DNA from: Takakia lepidozioides
Lineage: Eukaryota > Plantae > Bryophyta
Direction: 5' to 3'
Length of the DNA: 64,000 bases
Assembly: GCA_030704615.1 (NCBI GenBank)
Contig: CM060732.1
Coordinates: 56,172,001-56,236,000, forward strand
Positions 11,899-24,500 of the stretch are shown one piece after another. Within the stretch, counting starts at the first letter, position 1; the number at the start of each line of letters is the position of its first letter. The notes under the pieces were generated by a model that saw nothing but the letters and a program-made list of their open reading frames with translations, ran no database searches and had not been told where the DNA came from. The translations under genes were made by a program, and so were the position numbers.

Positions 11899-14879
11899 TG
11901 TAGTCTATAAAGCCTGCTTTGCCAAGAGGACATAATCTCACGTAGAGGATACAATGAAGTGAGACATCCAGCACATCAACACTGCATTCATACAAGCACT
12001 CAAATTCTGCAAGTACACTTCAATCCACCACCACTAGATGGCGCCATGCTTAAATATAAGTGCCACATGGCTAATCACAAGGATAGGTGTCTATGCACCC
12101 ATTGGCCGGTCAGATTACAGCCCATAGGATTCACACATCAGCGGCCATGTAGGATAACCCCGATCCTAAACTAGTTGTTGAAGTAAAATAAGATAGCTTA
12201 ACTAATAATAGGTTCATCCAGCTCATAGTTCATCCATTTCTACCTACTCACATTCATCTTAAAGGGGGAATAAAGGAAGTGGGGGAATCCCGGCCCCATA
12301 GCCCTTGAGAGCTTTATTAAAATTATTGAAGGGAAAAAAACTAAAACCCTTAAAGGCCCGTAGGCCCCCATAAGGCCGAACGCACACTAAACCGTGATGA
12401 TAAAATGAACTTGAGTAAGGAAGACCAATGAGACTCTAGAAAGGGAACTTTCTAGGAGCAGGGCCAGGACCCAATGAGGAGCTTATGGCCCAAATGCAGA
12501 ATGTGAGCTCGGATGAGATAAAGCGTGAAACGCCCAAGTGGCCTAAGCGACCAAAAGGTAGCAGCTAGAGCAATCAAAGAGGAAAGATACCACTATGAAT
12601 TATCTATAAGGGGGGGAATGTCGAGGGAACATCATGAAACGGAAGACTATGTATGGTAGCAAAGTTTAGTTCTAGTAGCTACTTTGACATGTTTCCAATT
12701 GATATCAGTTTGGTCAAATTCTGGGGATGCCAGCGGTGTTGCCATTGCAAAGGGATCTATTTTGCCCAAATACAGGAGGAGTCAACCTGAGAGCAACAAC
12801 ATATGATGCCTTGTCTTTCCTAGGTCTTTATGAAAGTGTCGAGGAGTGAATGTTGACGTTCTAAAGTCCTGTCAATATCTGCACGCAGCCACTTTAGCCG
12901 CAACGGTAAGATAAAAAAAAAACCTTAGTCATCAACGCAGTCACTTTCGAGTTAGCATTGTCCAATGTCCAGCGAGAGCGGGCTTTCCCCAAGTGCCAGA
13001 GATAGACATTTGCTTGCTTTGGACTTTGCCCTTCGATCATAATTCAATAGAAGGATGACCGAGGTAAATGGCATGTTGTCCCGGGTCCTATAGAGAGCTT
13101 GTACTAGTGACCATATCAGCCTGGGTGCCTCGCAATGGATTAGACAATGCTCCAACAAGATTAACGCTTCCTGGAAGTTCATCTTTATTTTCCAAGTTCA
13201 ATAATATAATATTTGACGCCTCCCGAAGGAAGCGTAAATTATGGGGTCTCTTCACCCCGACTTCCGTTTCGAAGGTCATTACAATAGGGACTAGGGACAA
13301 GGACCCTTATTTTCCAGGAAAGAAAGATGTCTTCTGACTCAATCTCCATTTTCCATTATTTTATTATTATTACTTATTTGTTCTCCATTATTTTCATTAT
13401 TAATCATTATTATTTTTAATTGAATGGGACAGAGAAAGGAGAAAAAATAACGGGAAAAAACCGGGAAAAAATAATCCGTTATCCGAGAATCCATAAAGCA
13501 AAGCAGGGGACTAAAAGTTTGCTTAGTAAATCCGACCACTGTATTTTTACTAAATTGTATTTTAATTAATTTTGAGGGTCATGGTGCTTACGACCCAGCA
13601 GGGAATCTAGTATAAGCTAGAGAATATATTTGGCATCTACTGATCTCGGGACACATACAAGTAGATGCTTTAGAACATTTCATATTCTATTAATGGATGA
13701 TCATCTTCACTCATCCGTCAAGGTACCCGATTCAACGAGCACTAATCCTGGATCCAGGTGTCAGACACACATTGGGCTGGTGGCGGACTTGGAAATGGTG
13801 AACGTGTCAACAATGGATGAAACTAGGCTCAGACCCGTGTGGACGTTAGGTAGCCACTCTGCCAAGTGGCGTGCAGGGATTGGGCAGAACTTTAAGATGT
13901 ATTCCGGGCCACCGGAGGATTGGATCAACTTATCTCCGGCTGGAAATTCTGGGTATCTAAATATTCAAGGAATCCCCCATGGACAGACAGTTGAACTAGT
14001 TCTTCTGACCATCTCATCCACAGTCATCCACATATCGAAGTAAGGCGAGACACGTAAGCCTAGATCAGAAATCTAACAGTAATTAGTAACTATTTACACA
14101 ACTAATTGAGATTGAAAGTGATTAGTGAAAGTAACCACACTGTGGTACCCTCCCCCTCTCTCGCAAGGATTTTGTGAGCATTTCGTGAGGGATTTGAGGG
14201 CGTTGAGGGACAGGATCTGATGCCAGAAATCACGATTGTGAGGAGCTGATCTCCGATTCTTAGTGGCGGAGGCTATCTATGGATCTTTCCTTTTGCGGGC
14301 CATGTTATGGAGATTGTGGGGAAAGATCTGGGCGTGCCGTGGTGGAGGGTGTAGTGGATGCTGTATCTTGTTGAGGTTTCTGTACGCCTATGCAGCTCTC
14401 TCCGGTGAGTTGTCCATGGAATCCTAGTGGGTTTATAGCGCCGACCGATGGAATCACACACCCTCTGCACCAGCATTGGGTGTCTTGTAGTCGTTGGCGA
14501 CAAGAGATCCCTCTCTTTTGTGCTTTTCTGGGTCTCCATTTTCTCCTAGCTTGGTTGCATGGAGTCTCTTGCTTTTCACACACTCATTCTGAGCGTTTGG
14601 TCTACCTTACTCTGAGTTGCAGTGTTTGGAGGCATATTTGGCCTTTCTGAGCTTTTCTATGTTTTTCTCCCCGTGGGTTCTACATGCACAACCTGTATGT
14701 GCCCTAAACCTAAAGACTGCAAAAAAAATTTAGTTGTGATTGCAACCCCTAGGTTTTAGGTTACCGAAGTTCAGGTCAACGATCTGGCGAGGTTACGAGA
14801 CAGGAGAGGGTACGGGATGCGCTGGAATGCTTTGAACGGGAATAATGTTAGAGAGTGAGAGCAACTGATTGCCTGGCTG

Positions 14880-16788
14880 ATGAAGCAAACTGTAATGGAT
14901 AGCTGCACTCACACATTGCTGCTCGAATCACACGACACGGAGTTAGACTCAAATATGGCGCTGGATTTAGGGTTGGATTTTAAAGGTGACGAGGTCTCCA
15001 TGGATTCCGCTGTCTGGAGTGGGTTGCCTGAGCATTTAACTGAACGCGTGCTGGCGCGCCTGCCAATCCAGAGTTTTTTTCGGTGCCGCGTTGTCTGCAA
15101 GGCTTGGAATTGTCTCATGTACTCTTCCAGTTTTATTCAGGGTTACGCGGAGGTGGCCTCGCACTGGCCGTGCTTCCTTTTCTTTGTGGATGATGAGTGC
15201 AGAGCGGCCTGTGCGTATGATCACACTCTGAACAAGTGGTATCGGTTTCCGCTCCCACGATTTCCTCTAATATTCGATCGGTTCGCAGCTGATGGGGGTC
15301 TGGTCGTGTTTTTCAGCTATGGGTGGCAGACACTGGTGGTATGTAATCCTCTCACAAAGTGCTGGCGGGAGCTTTCCCCCATGCGGAAGAAGTTGCAGGT
15401 TCTCGACACGCTGGCTATGGTGGTGGACAGGGACACCAAGGCGTACAAGATTGTGGTGGCTGGCAGGTTCAAGACCAGGAGATTTGGAACCCTCTGTCGA
15501 ATCACAGAGGTACCACTCTTGTAAGAATTTTTGAATCTAGTAGTCAGACAGGTCTATCCACTTGGAGACTAGCCCTGCACTACTTGTCTGTTGCTCCTCC
15601 AATAACACCGGTGAGTTATCAGTACTGTGTGGTGTGATAGTAGAGCTGATCACTGTCGATACCAGTGGTCTTGTCTGTAATCTCAGACACTTGGAATCAG
15701 TAGGTGCGACCTATTCCAAACCCCCGGAGCCACTATTGTGTGATTGGACACTGTCAATGTACTCTGCTAAACTATGGAGTATTGTGAATTTAGCTTGATA
15801 TATATCCAGCTCACAATTTTGCTTCGCAGAACCCAATTCTGCAAAACCCAAAGCCTTACCAAATAACTGGGATCGGCCTACTATGGCAAGGGCCTACAGC
15901 AGGGCTGCCTGAATATCAAAGAGGTAGGGTGCAGGAAGTTCCTTCCCTCACAAATCATCACTCCATTTTCCAGTAGAGGTGGTGATATACATTGAACAGA
16001 TATTGTGAGGTAACAAATTTTTGTCAGACTGTTTGGCAGACCTAGCACATGTCATACTTTCAAGGAGAGGTGCTGTAAGGGTTGGTCAACTGCTTTCCCA
16101 GGAGCTGACAGCAATGTCTACCACTGCAGTTATTTCAGTCCCACCGAGAGACTTGGACATTTTTTAATAATGTTGTGCTTTATGCACACTGTGTTGATAG
16201 GTATACAATTCGGCCACCAAATTGTGGACTAAACAGGGGAAAATGCCAGCACCTTATCAACCAATGCAAACGAGCACTATCCATTGCAATGGGGTTCTCT
16301 ATGTACGATGTCGTAAGCAAGATGGATTACTAGTTTATGATCTGCAAAAGGGGCAATGGAACCACATTCAGTCTCCCATGCCTCATTCTAGTAAGTGCTT
16401 TGGCCTCGTTGAATGTCGGGGCCGAGTCTGTATTGTGGGAGGGCAGAGGGAGAACGATCTTACGCTGAGCATCCGGATATGGAAGCTTCAACATACGACT
16501 TGGGATTGGAGAGAAGTGGATCGAATGCCCAGCGCCTTGTTTGAAGACATTCAAAGTATTGTGCAGTACCACAAGGGCTTGTTCACATGCTATGGCTGTG
16601 GTGACTTCATTCTTCTCACCGTGCATGATTATTTACCCTACAGTCCATTCAGGGTTCTTGTCTATGATTTGTCAAGGAAAAGATGGCATGAGTGGGCGAG
16701 TGTGCCACGCGCTGTGGAATTTTGGGTGTCAGATCACCTACTTAGGGAGGGGGCTTCCTTTGAACCCCGGTTGGATGCTGTAGTCTAA
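14880..16788 (+). CDS. F-box protein with C-terminal kelch-like/FBA beta-propeller; exons 14880-15509 and 16201-16788 (the start may be a downstream ATG)
   Basis: F-box WSGLPEHLTERVLARLPIQSFFRCRVVCKAWN, followed by VVCNPLTKCWRELSPM. Splicing the GT-AG intron 15510-16200 gives ITE|VYNS. The protein ends in the typical FEPRLDAVV*. Confidence 0.92.
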
Positions 16789-18526
16789 CTGCTTTCTTGT
16801 GGGGAGGAACATTCATTTAGACCTACTGGGATTCCTGCCAGTCGTTTGGGTTGAACAAAGTCTGGTGTGTCAGCTGAAGTCTCTTTCACCCAGTATGGTT
16901 GTGATCACTGTTTAATAATATCGACAGTTTACCATGGGTCTGTCAAGACTGTTTTCGAGGAAACTGCGGCTCATATATAGTGGGTTGTATGCTGCGCTGT
17001 GGAGATCACATCAACCTACATTTTGAGCAATGGGATTTCTTTTGCCCACTTGCTGGACACTGGGGCTTTGGTTGGATTAACTTGGCAGGTGGTAGCAGAA
17101 CAGCAGTGAGAGAGGAGGATACTCTTGCACTCTACTGACAAACAAGTGAGCATTTTGTTTGGGGTCCATGGTGACACGTGGTTACTCCAGGGAGCTTCCA
17201 GATTCTTCTTTACAAAACGATGTATCACTTTCAAGAGATTGGATATTGGCTCTCCCAGGAATGGAGAAGATTGGGGCGATGGATTGTAATCTTGAAATGA
17301 GGAGATAGCTCAACCTTTTATGTTTCTCTGTCTAATCTTATCTCTTAGCTACTGGCATTGCAATAGTGTACCTGTAATATCTAGACATGTGCAGTACAGC
17401 TGTATGGCTTAGGACCTCTTATAAGGATCAAGCCTTTACAGTTGTGGAGGGTGTGTAAATGTTTCCCAAAGGGAAAAAAGAGACTTAGTGTCACACAGGC
17501 ACACGATATTAGGACACCCTTTGGTATCATATGCACCTGACTGATTGAATCTCTAGGCAATAAGCAGAGGAAGAATCAAGAGGAAGAACCATATAAAGGG
17601 GATGCAATTCAATGTAGAAAGGTTGTCTTAGCATTTGACTTGGTTCTTGCATTTCATGTGTCTGTTGAAAGGATTGCAAGGAAGGGAAGGAGAAAGGGAA
17701 GGGTACACACAAGCCACAGAAACATCCTTAACATCTCCCTGAAGTTTATGTACAGTTAAGGTCCATGTAACTTTTCCTGTAAGTGCAAGTAGTTGAGATC
17801 ATTGGGTCCATTGCAAGGATTCACTGGGTTAAGCTAGATTTGATCATGTTTGGACGTTCCAGTCTAGAGACATCGCTGCTGTCTCTAAGGGTTGTTTGGG
17901 AGTAACCTGCGTTGAAAAAGTTTAGATTCGCAGTGAGAGGGCTACTGCACCTGGCAAGAGGGGTATTGGTCTCTAATAATATTGAATCCTTCCTCTCCTA
18001 GTTTCCTCATGAAGTTGGCATCACTATTAAGATCAGGAACAAAGCATGGCCTAGCATTTGTCAGTAACTAACCTTGCTTGGCAGGGAGAAACATTACTTC
18101 CTTATCATTCACAGTCCGCATGCATTCTATTGATACACGTAAAACTGCTCTCATTCAGAGGTGGTGGTGAAAAGTTCTTGCTGATACATAATCTCTCTTG
18201 CCAATGACCAACCACTCATAAGAAAAGGTTCAGAGCCTATTTTTGTGACAGGGATATTGTGCAGCTATATACCAATCCTGCTAGTGCAACCAATAGATTC
18301 ATTCAGAATCTATCTGTAGATTGCAATCTCTCAAAAGGCATGAACTTGTTGGGAGATGTACTTGACCATTCAGTCTTGGCTAAAAACCTCAAAATTTGAA
18401 CGAGGGAGCAAGAGGGGGAGGGTAGGGTCAGTGACCAGATCCTTCTGCAGAAAGATTCTCAATAACTTGGAATCTAGGATTCTACAGTTAACAAGCATGT
18501 AAGCCATCTATGAAGCAAGTAATAGT

Positions 18527-21500
18527 TCACCCTGCCTTTCCAGAAGAATTAAAGATGCGCATCTTCTCAGCCACCACTGCTGCCATGGCCACCACTGCTG
18601 AACCCATGACATCAACCAGGTCTTTCTTCGGAGCCCCAAGTGCTTCCATATAGGCACCTCGGACTTCCGTATTCACATTAAACTTGCGCACTCCATGCTG
18701 TATGCAAGCCTGAAAATCAGTGCACACAAATGTTACAAACCTTCATGGCAATATTTTGTCGTCTACTACAAGTAGGAGGTGTTAGAGAGCTTAGCTAGTG
18801 TGGTAATAATATGTGAAGGCTTCAAGGAAAAAAGGAAACTGGTGTTCACGGCTAGGTAAATTGATGAAGTGCCATCGTGACTACAGTGATTGCAAATATG
18901 GATGGTTATTGCCCTCATGACATTGCTTGCCTCAAAAACATCACTACTGGTAGTACTTTGCGATATTAGTTTCCAAGTGGTGATATTACGACTATTCGAG
19001 TACCACAGCTACTCCACACCCAGTGATGATTGCAAGATAAACAATAGATTCGAGGATACATAGGCCAGAATACCTTGACGACATCTGTGTTGAGTCCTGA
19101 AGCTCCATGCAAGACGAGCACAACCTTATGCGCCTTTGCTTTCCTATGCAATTCCTGTATTTTCACCAACCAGCATTTGAGACTTTACGTACCCAAAATG
19201 GTGTCTATTTCCTCTGTCATGGCTGTGAGTCTGATAGGCCCTCAATCTAGGGTGCATGATCACATCAAGACAATGCTAAAAGAAAAAGATCTAGAAAGCC
19301 AGAATTGACTACAGGAAGCAAGCCAGAGTACTGGCACAGACATTCAGCAACTTACATGTCAACGCCTATTCCCTCTCTTCATGTCATCAGGCTCCCCATT
19401 CTGCTCAAACAGGGTCTTTCAAGCAAGGCCACATTCTCGAAGTCGCATTTGTAGTTTTATGATTCTAGTGACTGGTTTTTGGGGTCCTCATTTTACTATA
19501 TTGTTTTCTATTTTGTCCCATAAGCTCTTTGACCTTCTTGTTGACATTCCCTAAAGCTCCATGCCATGCCACAATACCAAGACTCTGTAATGACGGCTAT
19601 TTGAGTGCAGAGAGAGAATGCTGCTGGTAGTACCTTCAAAAGCTCAAGATTCAATTTAGGTCCACTGGTAGGGTACTTGCCATGGACGTTCCCAATGCAT
19701 ACAGCCAGGGCATCCACCTGTGTTTCTTCCAGGAACTTACTGGCCTGTGTCAAGAGAGGCCAGATACTCAAAAGCAATCCTTCTAGCAAAAAGCTCATAA
19801 CTATCATGGATTAGAAATGAAATGAAATGAAATGAATTAGTGCTTTATAACGTCCGCGGAAAGCTCATAGAGCTTATGGGACAAAATGGAAAGAAAAACA
19901 TGAGAGAAAACAGGAAACAAGAGTCAGAGATAAGAACTATTGTTCGAGTGATTGTCTAAGGGTGAATGCCTCGTGCAGGTAGGCTGCCAAGCATTTCTGA
20001 TCTTCATAGCGGAAGACTTCGGTGAGAGATTGGGCTCCACGGAATGGACAATGGAATCTCCCGCAGATCTCATAGTATAGAGAAGAAGAAGTGTTCTTCA
20101 GTTTCAATTTCCTGGTTGCACCCTGTGCAAGCTGGACAGAGGCGGTCCTCCCCCTGCAGGTTTTCCCATCTGCCAGTCTCTATCCGTAGGTTGTGGGAGC
20201 CCACCCTGAACCGCCCCAAAGCCCTCAGGAGAGACTCGGAGAACCAAGAATGTTTCTCGATAGAAATGGAGCTTTGTCGTGAGGTTGGGTAACTTCCAAG
20301 TTCTCCTGAGTAGCTCCATGAGCTCCTTTCTAATGAGTTGGTTGCGGTCATGCTTGGATGTGATGTGCACCCCTTCTGGGTTCACTGGCAATAGTGAAGC
20401 AATAGAGAGTCCATGGCGTTCAAAAAAGGTATCCACACGAGCATACCAGGATTGTTTGAAACCTGCATTTTTGAGTCTAATAGATGTCGCAAGGGCTCTG
20501 GCCACAGGCCCCTTGGGGGGGGAAGGGCTTGTAACCTATGCAGGAAAATTTTAAGCCGGAAGAGGGCCTCAGATCAGAGAGGACCCTAAGACCTGAAGTA
20601 TGTAGCTGTTCAACATTAAGTGTTCAACCAGGTGCAGTAGAACAATTATTTCTAATATTTTTTTACTCCAAATGGGTGCACTTACTCCATGGGCAAGCAC
20701 AGTTTTTAGGAGATTTGAGTGGACGTCATCTGCAAAATGCTCGGTGCCTTTTGTTCCAGATCATCAGCTGAGCTCATCAGACGCACAGTGAATCAAGACA
20801 TTCAAAGTAACTCACCTGGTTTGGATCAGTAAAACGGGCCTCATATTCTTCAACAGAAAGGCCATCCTCTGTTCCTGACAAGCGTCCCAACTCTGCCTCC
20901 ACTGCCATTCCCTTGGAATGAGCAGCTATTGCAACTCTTTTGGTAAATAGTATGTTGTCACCTAGCGAGAGATGGGAGCCATCAACCATGACTGAATCAA
21001 AGCCCTGCCCACAAACACATTTTCCCTGTTAGACACATTTTGAATAGACAGTAGCCATACTAATTGCAGAACTGTGCCAAAACTGCTAATGGCGATTGCA
21101 CAAACACTAAGAGGAAACCAAACCTGCAGCAAAACTTGTGTAAAGTGTTGAACAACATAACTACCCAGTTCTACAGCAAACAAATACCAACTCAAAGTTC
21201 CCATCACTCCTCACCAGCTCTAGAGCTTCCATGATAGCCTCCTCCTCACTGCCATGATCGAGGTGCACTGTTATTGGAACCTGCTACCCCATAGAGACAA
21301 AACACCTGTTAGTTGGGGACTCGGGGATAGCTTCACTACCTTGGATATTAATGGGGCACATACATGTATCTAAGTTCTGGCCAATTCATAGTAACGTGAA
21401 AGGCTCAACAGAGTGTATGGTTATGAACACCTTCCTTGAGCATCTATGCAACTTACAGAACTTTTGAAGACATTGCACACACATCACTGATTATACTATA

Positions 21501-24500
21501 TAAGAATTTGGAAGAGTGTCAAGGAGAGAGACAATTTGAAATGTAGCAATTCATCAACATTAAGGCAGTAAGGTAGAGATGTTTACCGCGGCACGCTTGG
21601 CAGCAGAAAGGCAACAAGCCACCAACGGTTTGCCTCCATGAGCAAGTGCTCCTGGATGGATCTGCTTGTGGAACATGTTACAGTTAGAGAAAAATATGCG
21701 TGCTCTCTCCCCCCCCACATTCTTTTGGGTATCTTGTCCCAGAAGCTTTTTGAACTTTCTGTCGATGTTATAGAGTTATAAAGATGTTATAAAGAAGAGC
21801 CGACGTTATAAAGCACCATTTCTTCTCTCTTGGAAAGTCCGTGTGTAACAGACTTCAGGACCAACAAACAAGGTCAAACCCAAGTACATTAACAAGATCC
21901 TTGCCCTTAGTGACAACTGCATCACTATGCCTTCTTACCTCTCAGATTAGTTCTCCATGTCTCTCACAGGGGCATTGGAACTATTAACTAGTTTTGTAGA
22001 AGCTGATATTAAGTGTTGATGTGGCCTCTAACAAATAATGAGGAGGAAGGAAGACTCTTGCCGAAGCAAGTGTACAACTTATTGTGTCACTTCATACCGA
22101 GGGACTAGTTACTGGCTTTGGTTTGGAAGATGGACACATTCTAATGGCCCTCACCATCATGCCCAACCCTCTCCAAAAGGACTTCAAATTCCTTAGGTAC
22201 GTCACACACATGAAGTAAACGGTTGACCTAGTTACCACTCTTTTATAGTTGGGCCAGCCATAATAGGTGACATCCAACCTACACCTAATTGAACCCACGA
22301 CCACTTGTAAGGCAGCCTTGGAGTCCTCTTCGGTGGGCCATCTGTTGGATGTTGACATTTCTTATCATATTAGGCTTGGAGAAACATGATATCATAATCC
22401 ACAAACATGAAATTTTGTGAGTCTTGATTGTATGGCTAGGGAATTCTAAAACCAAACTTGCACAATATCACGAGTGATTGATTCTTAACGATTTGAATTA
22501 AATTTTTAATGGTCATCCACAATTTATCTAAGGAAAAAATAGATACAACATTAACAGGAAAGAAAGAATATGGTTTAAAGTAATAATATGTATTGCAGTA
22601 CACCCAGGTTTGATATGTAGATGAATAAAGCTTAAACGACATTAATTGTACACTGTGGTCTCTCCCAATTGATCCCCAGGCACCTCCACCAAAATAGACG
22701 CAAGCTCTACGTCTAAACTTTCATTTGTCACATAAGTGCTTTGACCTTCCCCGTGGGCATTCTATATTTTCCTTCTGCCAAAAGTTGTGTCAATCCTTGG
22801 CGATCCAGGGTCGACACTGTTGTCTATTTCAGGACAGCCAATCCCTCACTGAGGTCTTTTATCACGAGGATCAGAAATGTGTGGCAGCATACCTGCATGA
22901 GGTTTTCTTAGAGAATCTCTTGATGAATAGTTGTTTTTGGGCTGCTTGGTAAGAGCCCCATTGTCCTTCTTGTATCCTACATGTCAAGAGAACTTGGAAG
23001 CTACCCAATCTCACGACAAAGCTCCACTTCTATCGAGAGACATTCTTGGTGCTCCGCGATGATAGAATCTTGAGACCAAATTACCTTTCAGCATCCTTAT
23101 CTCCTTCCCTCCTGAGGGCATTGGGGCGGTTCAGGGTGGGTTCCCACAACCTACGGATAGAGACTGGCAGATGGGATAACCTGCAACGGGAGGACCGCCT
23201 ATGTCCAGCTTGCATAGGGCGCAGCAAGGAAATCGAAACTGAAGAACACTTCTTCTTCTACTGCCCTCTATACTACGAGATCCGTGGGAGATTCCACTGT
23301 TTATTCAGTGGAACCCAAACTCTCACTGATGTCTTTCAGTATGAGGATCAAAAATGCTTGGCAGCCTACCTGCACGAGGCCTTCACCCTTAGAACATTAA
23401 TTGTGGTTTCTGGATTTGTTCCTCTCTCATGTTCTTCCATTTTGTCCCATAAGCTCTATGAGCTTTCTGCGGACGTTATAAAGCACCATTTCATTTCATT
23501 TGTCCCGTAAGTTCTTTGAGCATTTCATGGCAGAGCAGTGGACATTTCAGGACTTCAGAGTGAATTCATCAAGCATGCTGCCCCTACTTTAGCCCCTTTT
23601 ATAGCTAACCTCTTCAATGAGGTAGTGCAACGGGGCTTTCCAACAGAGTGGACAAAGAGCATCATCCACCCACTCTTCAAGAGCGGTGACAGGCTCGCAC
23701 CAACCAACTATCGTACTATCATGGTGTCCTCGGTACTTGCTAAACTGTTTGGGGCAGTAGTGGCCATGGAACTGGATGATTGGGCTGAGTCCTCTCGCAT
23801 TCATGCTGAGGGACAGGCTGGTTTCCGTCGCAACAGATCCACTATTGACCACAACTTCACTCTTCAGGTTATGGTGGAAAGTGCACGCTATGACAAAAGA
23901 ATGGTCTATGTTTGCTTCGTGGACTTTCACAAAGCCTTTGATTCAGTTCCTCGGGACCTTCTCTTCCAACGGCTCCATAGAGTGGAAGTCCCTCCAGACA
24001 TCCTTTGTGCCATCTCTTCTATGTATGAGATTGTCACTGGTATGGTCAATGTCGCTGGTGAATTCTCAGCCGAGGTCCACAGCAGCATTGGAGTCAAACA
24101 GGGCTGCCCCCTTTCACCTACCCTGTTCGGGATCTACATTGACGCCTTGGAGAATTACATATAAAAAAACCATGGGGTTGGGGTACCATTGGATGGGGGA
24201 CCAACACAATCGGATCTCCTCTACGCTGATTATGTTGCCCTTTTGGCACAATCCCCGGTCTTCCTGCAACGCCATCTCAAAATTTTGGAACAGTTCTGCA
24301 AAGACTATGGGATGCAAGATTGTGAAATCATACCGGTACCTGGGTCTGGTTATCCACTCCCCCAAGTTTCACTTTGCAGCCACTGCCTTAGACAGATTGA
24401 CTAAAGGTAAGGCGGCCTCCGTCCGCCTTCAGGCCAAATGCAAGCAAATACATCTGCCTCATCCCCCAACCAAAAAGTGGCTGTTTGACACCGTCGTCAG

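Noticed and set aside
2800-12100. CACTA terminal inverted repeats
   Set aside because: Scattered cacta/cactg pentamers were seen, but no matching inverted pair with a 3-bp TSD could be established.
11900-14250. LTR retrotransposon remnant (polypurine ggggggaa-TGT at ~12610)
   Set aside because: No second LTR, PBS or gag/pol motif could be identified; the region is left unannotated.
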